A DNA stretch of 64,000 nucleotides, from NCBI GenBank assembly GCA_022703445.1, contig JAKLDR010000003.1, positions 36,407-100,406 on the forward strand, in the 5' to 3' direction. The notes beneath the pieces are model-generated. The model ran no database searches and was not told the origin of the DNA. It saw only the letters and a program-made list of their open reading frames with translations. Of this stretch, positions 27,164 to 35,910 are shown one piece after another. The position numbers were made by a program, and so were the translations under genes. Within the stretch, counting starts at the first letter, position 1, and the number at the start of each line of letters is the position of its first letter. Source of the DNA: Planctomycetota bacterium (GTDB lineage Bacteria; Planctomycetota; SZUA-567; JAKLDR01).

Positions 27164-29836
27164 CTACTTGCTGCCGAAGAACCTGGCCCTGTCGTCTGCC
27201 GACGGCGCGCGCCCGCCGAAGGCCGCCGCGGCAGCGGCGTAGAGGTCCCAGCTGCGCTCCTGCCAGCCGCCGTAGTACTCGCTCATGGCCGTCTCCCCGT
27301 CGCCGCAGGGCACGGCTGAGAGGGCCCGGATGCGCGCCTCGAGCACCGACTTGGCCGGCTCGGCCCCGTCCTTCCCGGCCTTCTCGAGCTGGATGCGGGC
27401 CTCGGCCTCCTGCAGCCCCTCGCGCAGCGCCTCGAAGCGCGCCGAACCTTCGGCCCCCTCCGGGCCCGGGTACAGCAGGTAGGTCTGGAAGGGCGCGTAC
27501 CAGTTGGAGAAGACCAGCGGCGGCCAGTAGTCGGCGCCGATCCGGCCGAACCCGGAGACGCCGTTGACCAGGCAGTTCTCCGGCATCCAGCGCATGGCCA
27601 TGGGCGTCTCGAAGACGCCGGCGGCCTGGATGGCTGAGGCGCACCGCGGGAAGAGCACCAGGCCGGGCTTCTTCCAGCCCTGCCGGCTGACCACCTGGCC
27701 CTCCCGGGTGAACGGCTCCTGGCCGGTGCGGATGACCATGTCCAGGTTGGCCGTGGTGCTGCCCTTGGGGAACGCCTGCCCGCGGAAGCCCTCGTGGCTG
27801 GCCCGGGCCCAGCCCACGCCCGGGCACTCGGCCGCCAGCGCCTCGGCCATGGCCATCACGCCGTTGGGCGAGTCGTAGAACCAGGCCCAGTACATCTTCT
27901 CGAAACCCTTCGACTTCACACGGGCGCTGACCGCCTTGGCGAAGGGCACGAAGAGCTTCTTCCACTCGTCGGAGTCGCCAGGCGGCAGCTTGAGTTCGCC
28001 CTTCTGCCCGCCGTCGAGGGTGGTCACACCGCGGTAGGTCATCGCCCAGCCCTTGCCGCTGTTGCTCCAGCCGAGCTCGAGCACCACGCTGGCGTTCTTG
28101 CCCCAGTGCTTGGCGACCAGGTCGAGGTAACGGTCGAGGTTCTTCCAGTCGTAGTCGTAGCCGCCGCCCGTCTTCACCCAGGGAACCAGCGACTCGGTGT
28201 TGTCGGACTCGCCGCCGGTCACCAGCGGCAGGATGACCAGGTCGTTGCCGACCTCGGCCAGCATCCGGACGGAGCGCTCCAGGTGCTTCCAGTGGTCCTC
28301 GGACCACGGCGCGCACTTGTACTGGGCAGGGGCGCTCCAGGGAGAGCTCTGCAGCCCCGTGAAGGTGGCCAGGTCCCGGCCATCGGGCAGAAGCCAGTCC
28401 ATGACCTGGAGCCGCACCTCGGCCTTGAGCGCCTGACCAGCCTGGATGGTGAGCGTGCCGCGGTACTGCCCGGCCGGCGCGTCCTTCGGCACCCGGACCG
28501 TCACCCAGACAGGCTGGCAGCTGTTCGCCGGGACCGAGACCGGGGGCTTCTCGGCCAGCTGGTCAAAGAGGGCGATGACCTTGCCCTCGGCCCAGACCTC
28601 CTTGCCCGGCCAGCCGCGCCCGAAGCCCCAGCCCCGGTAGTCGCAGCCATCCAGGGCGTTGAAGGCCAACAGCCGGAGGGCGTGGTCGTCGTAATTCTCG
28701 CGCTTGCCGTAGGCCCAGGCCCGCGGGAGGTTGTCCAGGGGCGTGCCGAGGCCGTAGCGCAGCTGGACGGCCGAGGCCGGGATCTTCCCGGCGCCCCCGA
28801 CCTGCTCCAGGTCGCTCATCTGCGCGGAGACGCCGCCCAGGGCCGCCGAGGTACCGACCACGGCCATCCCGGAGTGGACGCCGTTGCGCCCGCCGACGAT
28901 GCGCACGATTGCGGGGGCGGCGCCCGTCTCGCCCCAGTCGCGGCTGACGACGCGCCGGTGGATGTCCTCGGCCCACACCTGCACTCCGGAAGGCCGGGAC
29001 GGACGGACCGCCGCGTCGGCGGGCGTTGGCTTGAGCGAAAGGTTGAGCACGTACAGGTGCGGCCAGGGCAGATCCTTGTAGCCGTTCATGGAGCCCGGGC
29101 TCCACTTGTTCGCCAGAGGCTGGTAGCCCGAGCGGATTACGGCCAACGCCAGGACGTTGCTGCCCTTGACCAGCAGCTTGGGGTCGAGCGACAGGGTCAC
29201 GCGGCGGAAGCGCTCGGCCGTCTCGGAGGGGGCCTTCCAGTCGTTCATGTCCGCGGGGTAGTTGTGCTTGTTGACGGGGATGCCCCAGGCATAGGCCTCC
29301 GGCGGATAGCCCTCGGCCAGCGTCTCGGGGGTGAGCGCCCCGGCGGCCAGGCCCTTGCGGGCGACTTCCTTGCCGTTGAGGTAGACGACCGCCCCGCCGA
29401 TGAACGTGACCGCGAACTCGAGCTTGGTCACCCGGGCCGGGTCGGGGACCTCGAAGCTGGCGCGGGCCAGGGCCATGCGGACCCCTGGGTCGTACATGTA
29501 GCCGCCCTCGTGCGGGCCGGCCTTCTGCCTGACCCAGAGAGAGTCGTCGAAACCCGGCTCGGCCCAGCCGGCGGGGATGTCCCCGGACTGGACCCGCGCC
29601 TGGCTGGCGCCGATATGCCAGCCGCGGTAGTAGTTGAGGATGCCGGTGGGCTTGCCGGCCGCATCCACGACCATCGGCGGGCGCAGCACCAGGCGGTAGC
29701 GCCAGTAGCTGCCCTCCCACTTGAGGATCGCGCCGTCCGAGGCGGCCGCGGGTGCGGCTGGCTCAGCGGCCCGGACGTTTCCGAAGAGGATCGCGGAGAA
29801 GGACAGGAGCACCGCAGCCATCGCGTGGATCTTCAT
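27164..29836 (-). CDS. Secreted GH123/DUF4091-like protein, paralog 1
   Basis: Start MKIHAMAAV overlaps the regulator stop (ATGA); QPVWVTVRVPKDAPAGQYRG, SARFEALREGLQEAE. Confidence 0.7.
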   Translation of the reverse strand: MKIHAMAAVLLSFSAILFGNVRAAEPAAPAAASDGAILKWEGSYWRYRLVLRPPMVVDAAGKPTGILNYYRGWHIGASQARVQSGDIPAGWAEPGFDDSLWVRQKAGPHEGGYMYDPGVRMALARASFEVPDPARVTKLEFAVTFIGGAVVYLNGKEVARKGLAAGALTPETLAEGYPPEAYAWGIPVNKHNYPADMNDWKAPSETAERFRRVTLSLDPKLLVKGSNVLALAVIRSGYQPLANKWSPGSMNGYKDLPWPHLYVLNLSLKPTPADAAVRPSRPSGVQVWAEDIHRRVVSRDWGETGAAPAIVRIVGGRNGVHSGMAVVGTSAALGGVSAQMSDLEQVGGAGKIPASAVQLRYGLGTPLDNLPRAWAYGKRENYDDHALRLLAFNALDGCDYRGWGFGRGWPGKEVWAEGKVIALFDQLAEKPPVSVPANSCQPVWVTVRVPKDAPAGQYRGTLTIQAGQALKAEVRLQVMDWLLPDGRDLATFTGLQSSPWSAPAQYKCAPWSEDHWKHLERSVRMLAEVGNDLVILPLVTGGESDNTESLVPWVKTGGGYDYDWKNLDRYLDLVAKHWGKNASVVLELGWSNSGKGWAMTYRGVTTLDGGQKGELKLPPGDSDEWKKLFVPFAKAVSARVKSKGFEKMYWAWFYDSPNGVMAMAEALAAECPGVGWARASHEGFRGQAFPKGSTTANLDMVIRTGQEPFTREGQVVSRQGWKKPGLVLFPRCASAIQAAGVFETPMAMRWMPENCLVNGVSGFGRIGADYWPPLVFSNWYAPFQTYLLYPGPEGAEGSARFEALREGLQEAEARIQLEKAGKDGAEPAKSVLEARIRALSAVPCGDGETAMSEYYGGWQERSWDLYAAAAAAFGGRAPSADDRARFFGSK

Positions 29837-30921
29837 TTCTGTGCCTCCCTCAGGGTGACCGGAATCTTGATGAGCACTGGGCGCAGCTTCGGCTCGGCGC
29901 GCCGCTCGGACAGCCGCCGGACGGCCGCGCGGCCGAGTTCCGCAGCGCTCCAGACCATGGTGGCCGGCGGCCCGTCGCCGCCGAATAGCGGGCGGTAGAC
30001 CCGCTCGTACTGCTCCTCCGGAGACCAGCCCACGATCTCCAGGTCCCTGCCCGGCACCATGCCGCGCTCGCGGGCGGCGCGGTGCAGCGCCGCCGCCGAC
30101 TCGTGCCACAGGCCCAGCGCCGCGGTCGGCCGCTCCGGCCGGGAGAGCATCTCCCGGGCCGCCTCGAGCGCCCCGGCGCGCGCGGTGTCGGCCAGCAGCT
30201 CCGGCTCGATCCGCAGCCCGGCCAGGGCCAGGCCCGCTACGGCTCCGCCGAAGCGCTCGGCGCCCTGGGCGCTTTCGGAGATCGGACCGAGCCAGCCGAT
30301 CCGCCTGTGCCCGCGCGAGGCCAGGTGGCTCACGGCCAGCAGCGCGCCCTGGAAACCGTCCTGCACCACCGCATCCATGCCCATCTCCGGAACCCAGGCA
30401 TCGACCATGACCGCCGGCAGCCCCATCCCCCGAACCGCCGCCGTCAGCTCCGGGCGGTTGGTGTCCAGGATCATGCCGCACGCGCGGCAGCTCTGGAGCT
30501 GCGCGGCGACCTCCTGCACCGGCCGGGCGCCGGCATCGATCGTCAGCAGCGACCACCCCCGGGCCGAGGCGGCCTGTTGGAGCGCAGCGAGGAGCATCTG
30601 ACGGAAGAGATCCCAGGACCCGGGGCCGGCCGGATCGCTCATGACGAAGGCGACCGGCAGCCCGCGGTCCGGGTCGTTCGCCATGGCCTGGGCGCGATGC
30701 CCATGGCGCGGCTCGCAGGCCACCAGCCCCTCCGCCTGCAGGCGTTTGACAGCGCGCCGCGCCGTCTCGCGGGAGACGCCGTACTTGGCACCCAGCTCGC
30801 GCACGGTGGGCAGGACCTGCCCGGCGGCGATGGCGCCGGAGTAAAGCATGCTCTTAAGTTCATCGGCAAGGGCTGCGTATCCCTGTCCGCAGCTCACTTG
30901 CGACAACCTTTTGACACGCAT
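29833..30921 (-). CDS. GntR winged-HTH plus LacI-type ligand-binding transcriptional regulator (AraR-like architecture)
   Basis: GQVLPTVRELGAKYGVSRETARRAVKRLQAEGLV followed by a periplasmic-binding-protein-like domain; GGAGG 8 nt upstream. Confidence 0.88.
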   Translation of the reverse strand: MRVKRLSQVSCGQGYAALADELKSMLYSGAIAAGQVLPTVRELGAKYGVSRETARRAVKRLQAEGLVACEPRHGHRAQAMANDPDRGLPVAFVMSDPAGPGSWDLFRQMLLAALQQAASARGWSLLTIDAGARPVQEVAAQLQSCRACGMILDTNRPELTAAVRGMGLPAVMVDAWVPEMGMDAVVQDGFQGALLAVSHLASRGHRRIGWLGPISESAQGAERFGGAVAGLALAGLRIEPELLADTARAGALEAAREMLSRPERPTAALGLWHESAAALHRAARERGMVPGRDLEIVGWSPEEQYERVYRPLFGGDGPPATMVWSAAELGRAAVRRLSERRAEPKLRPVLIKIPVTLREAQK

Positions 30922-30939
30922 GGTGACAACCTCCGGACA

Positions 30940-30968
30940 ACATTACACCGCAGGGATGACATTGTCAA
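30940..30968 (-). promoter_or_regulatory. sigma70 promoter of the regulator/GH123-like operon with an overlapping palindrome
   Basis: Minus strand TTGACA (30968-30963) - 17 nt - TAATGT (30945-30940); TGACA-T-TGTCA palindrome at 30957-30967. Confidence 0.7.
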
Positions 30969-31162
30969 TGGAATTTGGAAATGTGCGATCGCTCACCACA
31001 AGACGCCTGATTATGCCACTTGCTGATGCGCGGCCTTGGCAATGATGGAGTTCAGCGATAGCACGTAGGTCATATCAGCTGCACACCAGAGGAGGTTGTC
31101 AAGGAGTCAGGGCGCCGGGTGAGCGTAGAGGAGGGCTGTGCTATGGGTCTGGCTCGGAATGG

Positions 31163-31861
31163 CTAGGCCGGAATTGACAGGGTACTCGTTCGCTGCTGAC
31201 CGACCTCGTTGGTCTGCCAGACCTTCCTGGTCTCAACATCCAGACATGACAGCCAGCCGCCGTCGGAGGCGTTGGTGTCAAGGCAGACGGCAAACCCTCT
31301 GTCCACCGGCAGCCCGGAGCGCTGCCTGGTATGGCCGCAGACGATGATCTTGCCGGAGACGTGCGGGGCGGCGGTTTCGAAGAGTGCCCAACGGAGTGCC
31401 TTGGGATCCTGCTCGACGAGAGGCCGGTCTGGTGCGCACATTCCGTGGACGAAGATGTGCTGCTCGGTCTCGAAGAAGTCGACGCAGGATGCGACGAACT
31501 GCCAGTGGGCGACCGGCACTGCCCTGAGGTCGTTGCCGCCGCCCGGGGGCGCATAGGAGGCCAAGGTCCGGTCGCCGCCGAAGTTCATCCAGGTGCCGAC
31601 GGCGCTGAACCCGTCCCGGGCCGCAAGCATCAGTTCCTCGTGGTTGCCCAGGAGGGCGACGAGGTTCGTTTGGCTCTTCAGCGCGATGAGCCGGTCAATC
31701 ACCCGGCGGGAGTCTGGCCCGGTGTCGACGAAGTCCCCGAGGACCACGACGGTGTCCTCCAGCCGCGGGGCGACCGCATCCAGCAGGGCCGAGAGCGCGG
31801 TGTGGCAGCCGTGGATGTCGCCGATGGCCAGGAGTCTGGCCCCACCGGGCCTCATGTGCAT
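31163..31861 (-). CDS. Ser/Thr protein phosphatase (PphA-like metallophosphoesterase)
   Basis: IGDIHGC, LGDFVDTGPDS, LGNHE, FVHG, CGHT, DT motifs. Confidence 0.9.
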   Translation of the reverse strand: MHMRPGGARLLAIGDIHGCHTALSALLDAVAPRLEDTVVVLGDFVDTGPDSRRVIDRLIALKSQTNLVALLGNHEELMLAARDGFSAVGTWMNFGGDRTLASYAPPGGGNDLRAVPVAHWQFVASCVDFFETEQHIFVHGMCAPDRPLVEQDPKALRWALFETAAPHVSGKIIVCGHTRQRSGLPVDRGFAVCLDTNASDGGWLSCLDVETRKVWQTNEVGQQRTSTLSIPA

Positions 31862-31869
31862 GCGTTGCC

Positions 31870-32313
31870 TCAGTCTTCTTCCACGGGAACGACGCGGATT
31901 CCGGCCTCGATCAACATGGCGGCTATTCGCTCGGCTTCTTCTTCGTCTTCCAGGAGCAGGGCTTGTTGTGCCGTAAGGTCCCGTGGTTGCCAGATGGTGA
32001 CGGAAGCATCCTTTGCCACGATCTTCAGGCCTTGCAGATCCGCGTTCTTCATCAGCCGTCTGGCTTCCATGCCTGACCGTACGCCCAGATCCACCTGCCC
32101 GATTCCGCGTATGGCCGCGACAACTTCTGCTGCGGGCTTCTCTCGATACTCCGGGATGACCCGGCGCAAGGCTGCTATCTCATCTGTCGTCGGGGATGCA
32201 CCCCTGAAACACACCGCAAGTGCCAGTTGGTCGCGGTTGTGGCGGACGAGCTCCCACTCATGGGACGGATCCATGCCGCACTGCTGCAAAGCCCGTCGCA
32301 GCTTATCTGTCAC
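31870..32313 (-). CDS. Hypothetical protein
   Basis: GTG with GGAGAAGG upstream, TAGAAT at 32348-32343; lies 8 bp upstream of the phosphatase; no family recognised. Confidence 0.55.
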   Translation of the reverse strand: MTDKLRRALQQCGMDPSHEWELVRHNRDQLALAVCFRGASPTTDEIAALRRVIPEYREKPAAEVVAAIRGIGQVDLGVRSGMEARRLMKNADLQGLKIVAKDASVTIWQPRDLTAQQALLLEDEEEAERIAAMLIEAGIRVVPVEED

Positions 32314-32378
32314 GCATGCCTTCTCCCGCCGAGCCAGATGAGATTCTAGCGTTACATGGCCTGTTCGTCATCGTCATG

Positions 32379-32445
32379 ATCCGCGTTCATCTGCGCTTGC
32401 CGCGGCGCAGCCGAAGGCGAAGCCGGGTTCATCTGCGGCTGATCC
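32379..32445. repeat. REP-like element with a GTTCATCTGCG direct repeat
   Basis: 11-mer at 32385-32395 and 32427-32437 with a GCC-GAA-GGC mini-hairpin between; sits just after a stop codon. Confidence 0.6.
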
Positions 32446-32461
32446 GTCGCCGTTGTTGTGG

Positions 32462-35400
32462 TTACTGCGCGCCCTTGCTGATGCTCTCGTAATACCTCTT
32501 CACCAGCTCCTCGTACCCCGCCGGCACGCCGCCTTCCATGGCGTCGTAGAGCTCGTCTCTGAGGCGCTTGGGGATCATCGCGGAGTTGTCCTGCCGGACC
32601 TGGCTCTCGGCCGCGGCGAAATCGCGGGTGGTCTTGAGGCCCTCGAGCATCACGTTGCGCTTCCGGGCGATGTTCTGGTAGCGGCCGTCCTTCATGTCCA
32701 CGGAGGTCTCGCGCATGAGGTTGATCACCCGGTCGAGGTCGGTGGTGGGCTGGTTCCGGACCTTGAGGTCCAGGGCCAGCCGCTCGGCGCGGGCGAGCAA
32801 CTGGGCCTGCTTGCCGGCGAGGCGCCCCACGTCCTTCTGGACCTCGGGGGGCGGGGGACCCTCCAGCCCCTCGCCGCCGCCGCCGCCGACCTTGCCGCCG
32901 CCGGTGGCGCCGCCGGCCGGGTCCTTGGACGTGTCCTTGATGTCGCCCTTGAGGAATGCGTCGGGCGTGAGCCTGGTCGGCGTGTTCCGGCCGCCCTTGC
33001 CGGTGGCGGTGTCCTCCACGAACTCGCCGGCGGCCTTCCCCGTGCGGCCCTCGCCGGAGCGGCCGTTGATCTCCGAGGAGTTGGGCAGGCGGTTGCCGGT
33101 CACGCCCTGGGCGGACATGTTGCTGATCGGCCCGTCCATGGCGTCCCAGCCGGCGCCCTTGTCGAGCGAGTCGGCCCAGGCCGAGGTGGCGTCCTCCATG
33201 TCCTCGAAGATGTCCTCCTGCTCCTCCATGAGGTCGCCGATCAGGTCCTCGAGTTCGTGGGGCAGCTCGGCCATGGGCGTCTGGTTCTCGCCCACCGGCT
33301 CCTCCATCTTCCACTGCTGGCGGTCGGGCGTGTCCGGCAGCCACTTCTCGATGTGGGTGGTGAGCGCCTCGGCCAGCTCCAGCCCGGCCTGCTCCAGCGG
33401 CACGGCGACCTCGGCCGTCTTCTGGGTGAGCGCGTCCTTGGCCATCTCCACTTCGCTGTAGGTCTCCACGAGCTCCTTGAGCAGCTGGGCGTCGGTGAAG
33501 TCCTGCTTCTGGAGCTTGGAGAGGTCCGAGGCCGCGTCCTTCATGAACTTGGCCCACTTGTCCTCAGTGGCGGCCAGGGCCTCCTGCTTCTTCTTGTCGG
33601 CCTCGGTCATGTCCTCGACCGGGGTCTTGGCCAGGTCGTGGGTGGCCTCGATGACCTTCTTCTGCTCGTCGATGAAGTTCTTGAGGAGCTCGTCCAGCCT
33701 GGCCAGGGCCTTCCTGGCGTCATCGGGCAGATCCGTGCCGGTCTTCAGATCCTCCTTGGTCGCCTGGGCCTCGAGCTTCTCGACCAGGGCCAGGAGCTCG
33801 CGCAGCGTCTTGATGACCAGGTCCTGGGCGCCGGTGAGCCTGGCCTGGGCGGCCGGCTCGCGCGCGGCCTTGGCCGAGCCGGCCAGCGCCGCGGCGGCCT
33901 TCTCGGCGTCGAGCTCCGGGCCGGCGGCCAGGAGCAGCACCGCGCCGCGGATCCTCCGGGCGGCCGCGTCCTCCTGCGGCGCGGCGTCGGCAGCCGAGAT
34001 GGTCTCCCGGCGGACGGCCTCCTGCGCCGCCCCCAGCGCGGCGCAGCCGGCGAGCAGCGCCTTGTCGTCGGCCGGGGGCCTGCCCAGCAGCGTCCCGGCC
34101 TCGGCCCGGGCGGCGGTCTGGCGCTCGAGGACCTTCTTGAGGCGCGCCAGGAACTCGGCCAGGTCCTTGAGGCGCTCGGCGCCGGCCTTCTTGGGATCGA
34201 CCAGCTTGACCTGGAAGGTCGGGCTCTGGCCGGTCTGGAGGCGATCGGAGGCCTCCAGGTGGTAGATGATGACGTCGCCGGGGTCGAAGTCCCGCGCGGA
34301 GAGCGTCCAGCTGCGCACGAGCTGGGCGGACTTCCGGTCCGGAAAGTCCTTCCACTCGGTCAGCGTCTGAAGCTCACCGCCGCGGTTGCGGCGGTAGCGC
34401 AGCGCCGCCGACTTCAGCCCGTAGTCGTCGGTGGCCACGGCGGCGACGGCCAGCGTCGCGCCGACCGGCAGCTCCACGTCGCGCCCCGGGGCGCTGACCC
34501 GCACGGCCGGGGGGGCGTCGGGCACGGCCACTATCGGGTAGCTCGGCGGGTTGAGGTTGCGCGTGCCGGCCTCATCGGTCACCGCGATGGAGTAGCTGCC
34601 GGACTTCTCCACCAGGAACCGGCCGGAGAGCCCCGCGCCGCCGGGGAGCGGTTCGAGCCGCACCGACTCGGCCCCGGCGATGTCCACGCGGCCGTCGACG
34701 ACCGGGTGGTTGGCGCGCACCGCGATGGTCACCTCGGTGCCGACCGGCACGCGGATCTCGCGGTTCCGGGTCCGGGGGAAGCTCACGGGCTCCAGTCCGG
34801 CATAGGCCGGGTAGCGGTAGGCCAGGTCCACCTCGCGGACTTCCGGCCGCTCGACGACCGTGAGGGTGTAGCGCCCGGTCTGGCTGTCGCCGACTTCGAT
34901 CCGATAGCGGACCTCGCGCTCCAGACGGCTGAAGGTGTAGGTGTAGGTCTCGCCGTCGGCCGACTCCATGCGCCGGACGAACTCCGGACCGCTCCGCTCG
35001 CGGTAGACGATCCGACCGTCCGGGGCGCGCCCTTCGCCGGCCGGCGCGATCCTCGCGGTGACGGTCACGTCCGAGCCGGCCACGACGGTGGCGTCCCCGG
35101 GCTCCACGCCCAGGATGCTGACGCTGCCCTTCTGGGGTATGAAGGTGCCGGGCATGGCCAGGCGCGCCAGGGCCGAACCCATCCGGGCGGGGGCCAGCGC
35201 GAAGACCAGGGCCAGCAGCAGGAGACTCGCCCCGGCGAACTGCACGAGGCGCGTCCGGCGCCGGCGGTCGACGATCACCGCCGGGTCCAGCGCCGCGGCC
35301 GACTCGGCGGCCAGCGCCACCGTCGCGGCCACCAGGTCCCCCCCGACCGGTCTGACCTGTCCGCCTTCTTCGTTGCCCAGCTGCAGTCCGGCGATGAGCA

Positions 35401-35716
35401 GGTTGCCGAGCTCCGGCTCGCTGGTCTCGGCCAGCCGGGCCACGCGCTCGAGCGGGATGCGCTCGAACATGGGCCGGCCGACGAGCCAGCCGATCCCGGC
35501 GGCCAGCGCGGCCAGCGCCAGGACGAGCAGCGCCCAGCGCACCCCGTCCGGGAAGTGGAAGAGGGCCTCGGCTCCGGCCAGGAGCAGGACCAGCGCGGCC
35601 AGCCCCGCCGCCAGCTGGAGCAGCCCGGCCAGCACCAGGCTGGTCCGCCAGCGGTCGCGCACGACCGCCAGGCGGTCGGCGAGGATCAGCCTGGAGCGCT
35701 GGGCTTCCGGGGACAT
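32462..35716 (-). CDS. DUF4175-like membrane-anchored Ig-fold and coiled-coil protein
   Basis: N-terminal TM helices; YRYPAYAGLEP, VPDAPPAVRV, ATDDYGL; acidic helical C-terminus ending VPAGYEELVKRYYESI; GGAGG before ATG 35716. Confidence 0.72.
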   Translation of the reverse strand: MSPEAQRSRLILADRLAVVRDRWRTSLVLAGLLQLAAGLAALVLLLAGAEALFHFPDGVRWALLVLALAALAAGIGWLVGRPMFERIPLERVARLAETSEPELGNLLIAGLQLGNEEGGQVRPVGGDLVAATVALAAESAAALDPAVIVDRRRRTRLVQFAGASLLLLALVFALAPARMGSALARLAMPGTFIPQKGSVSILGVEPGDATVVAGSDVTVTARIAPAGEGRAPDGRIVYRERSGPEFVRRMESADGETYTYTFSRLEREVRYRIEVGDSQTGRYTLTVVERPEVREVDLAYRYPAYAGLEPVSFPRTRNREIRVPVGTEVTIAVRANHPVVDGRVDIAGAESVRLEPLPGGAGLSGRFLVEKSGSYSIAVTDEAGTRNLNPPSYPIVAVPDAPPAVRVSAPGRDVELPVGATLAVAAVATDDYGLKSAALRYRRNRGGELQTLTEWKDFPDRKSAQLVRSWTLSARDFDPGDVIIYHLEASDRLQTGQSPTFQVKLVDPKKAGAERLKDLAEFLARLKKVLERQTAARAEAGTLLGRPPADDKALLAGCAALGAAQEAVRRETISAADAAPQEDAAARRIRGAVLLLAAGPELDAEKAAAALAGSAKAAREPAAQARLTGAQDLVIKTLRELLALVEKLEAQATKEDLKTGTDLPDDARKALARLDELLKNFIDEQKKVIEATHDLAKTPVEDMTEADKKKQEALAATEDKWAKFMKDAASDLSKLQKQDFTDAQLLKELVETYSEVEMAKDALTQKTAEVAVPLEQAGLELAEALTTHIEKWLPDTPDRQQWKMEEPVGENQTPMAELPHELEDLIGDLMEEQEDIFEDMEDATSAWADSLDKGAGWDAMDGPISNMSAQGVTGNRLPNSSEINGRSGEGRTGKAAGEFVEDTATGKGGRNTPTRLTPDAFLKGDIKDTSKDPAGGATGGGKVGGGGGEGLEGPPPPEVQKDVGRLAGKQAQLLARAERLALDLKVRNQPTTDLDRVINLMRETSVDMKDGRYQNIARKRNVMLEGLKTTRDFAAAESQVRQDNSAMIPKRLRDELYDAMEGGVPAGYEELVKRYYESISKGAQ

Positions 35717-35784
35717 CGACCCTCCGGCGATCAGTCCTCCACCCCGACAGCCGGCCCGATGGCCGCCTGCCCGAGCATACAACT

Positions 35785-35790
35785 ATTATA
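35785..35790 (-). promoter_or_regulatory. Perfect -10 box TATAAT
   Basis: ATTATA on the plus strand in an AT-rich patch; no clear -35. Confidence 0.5.
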
Positions 35791-35910
35791 ACGGGAGCTG
35801 CCGCGAAATCTTTAGCGCCCGGGAACCGGGCCTGGCGGCCCGTATGAGTTGAATGAGTGGCGGGGACCGCGTTGCGCCCGTACCGTCCACTTGCTCAGCG
35901 GGCCGCCAGC

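Noticed and set aside
24294-30556. 1340-aa and 1130-aa versions of the GH123-like ORFs
   Set aside because: The extra N-termini overlap upstream genes in other frames; RBS plus signal peptide support starts at 27149 and 29836.
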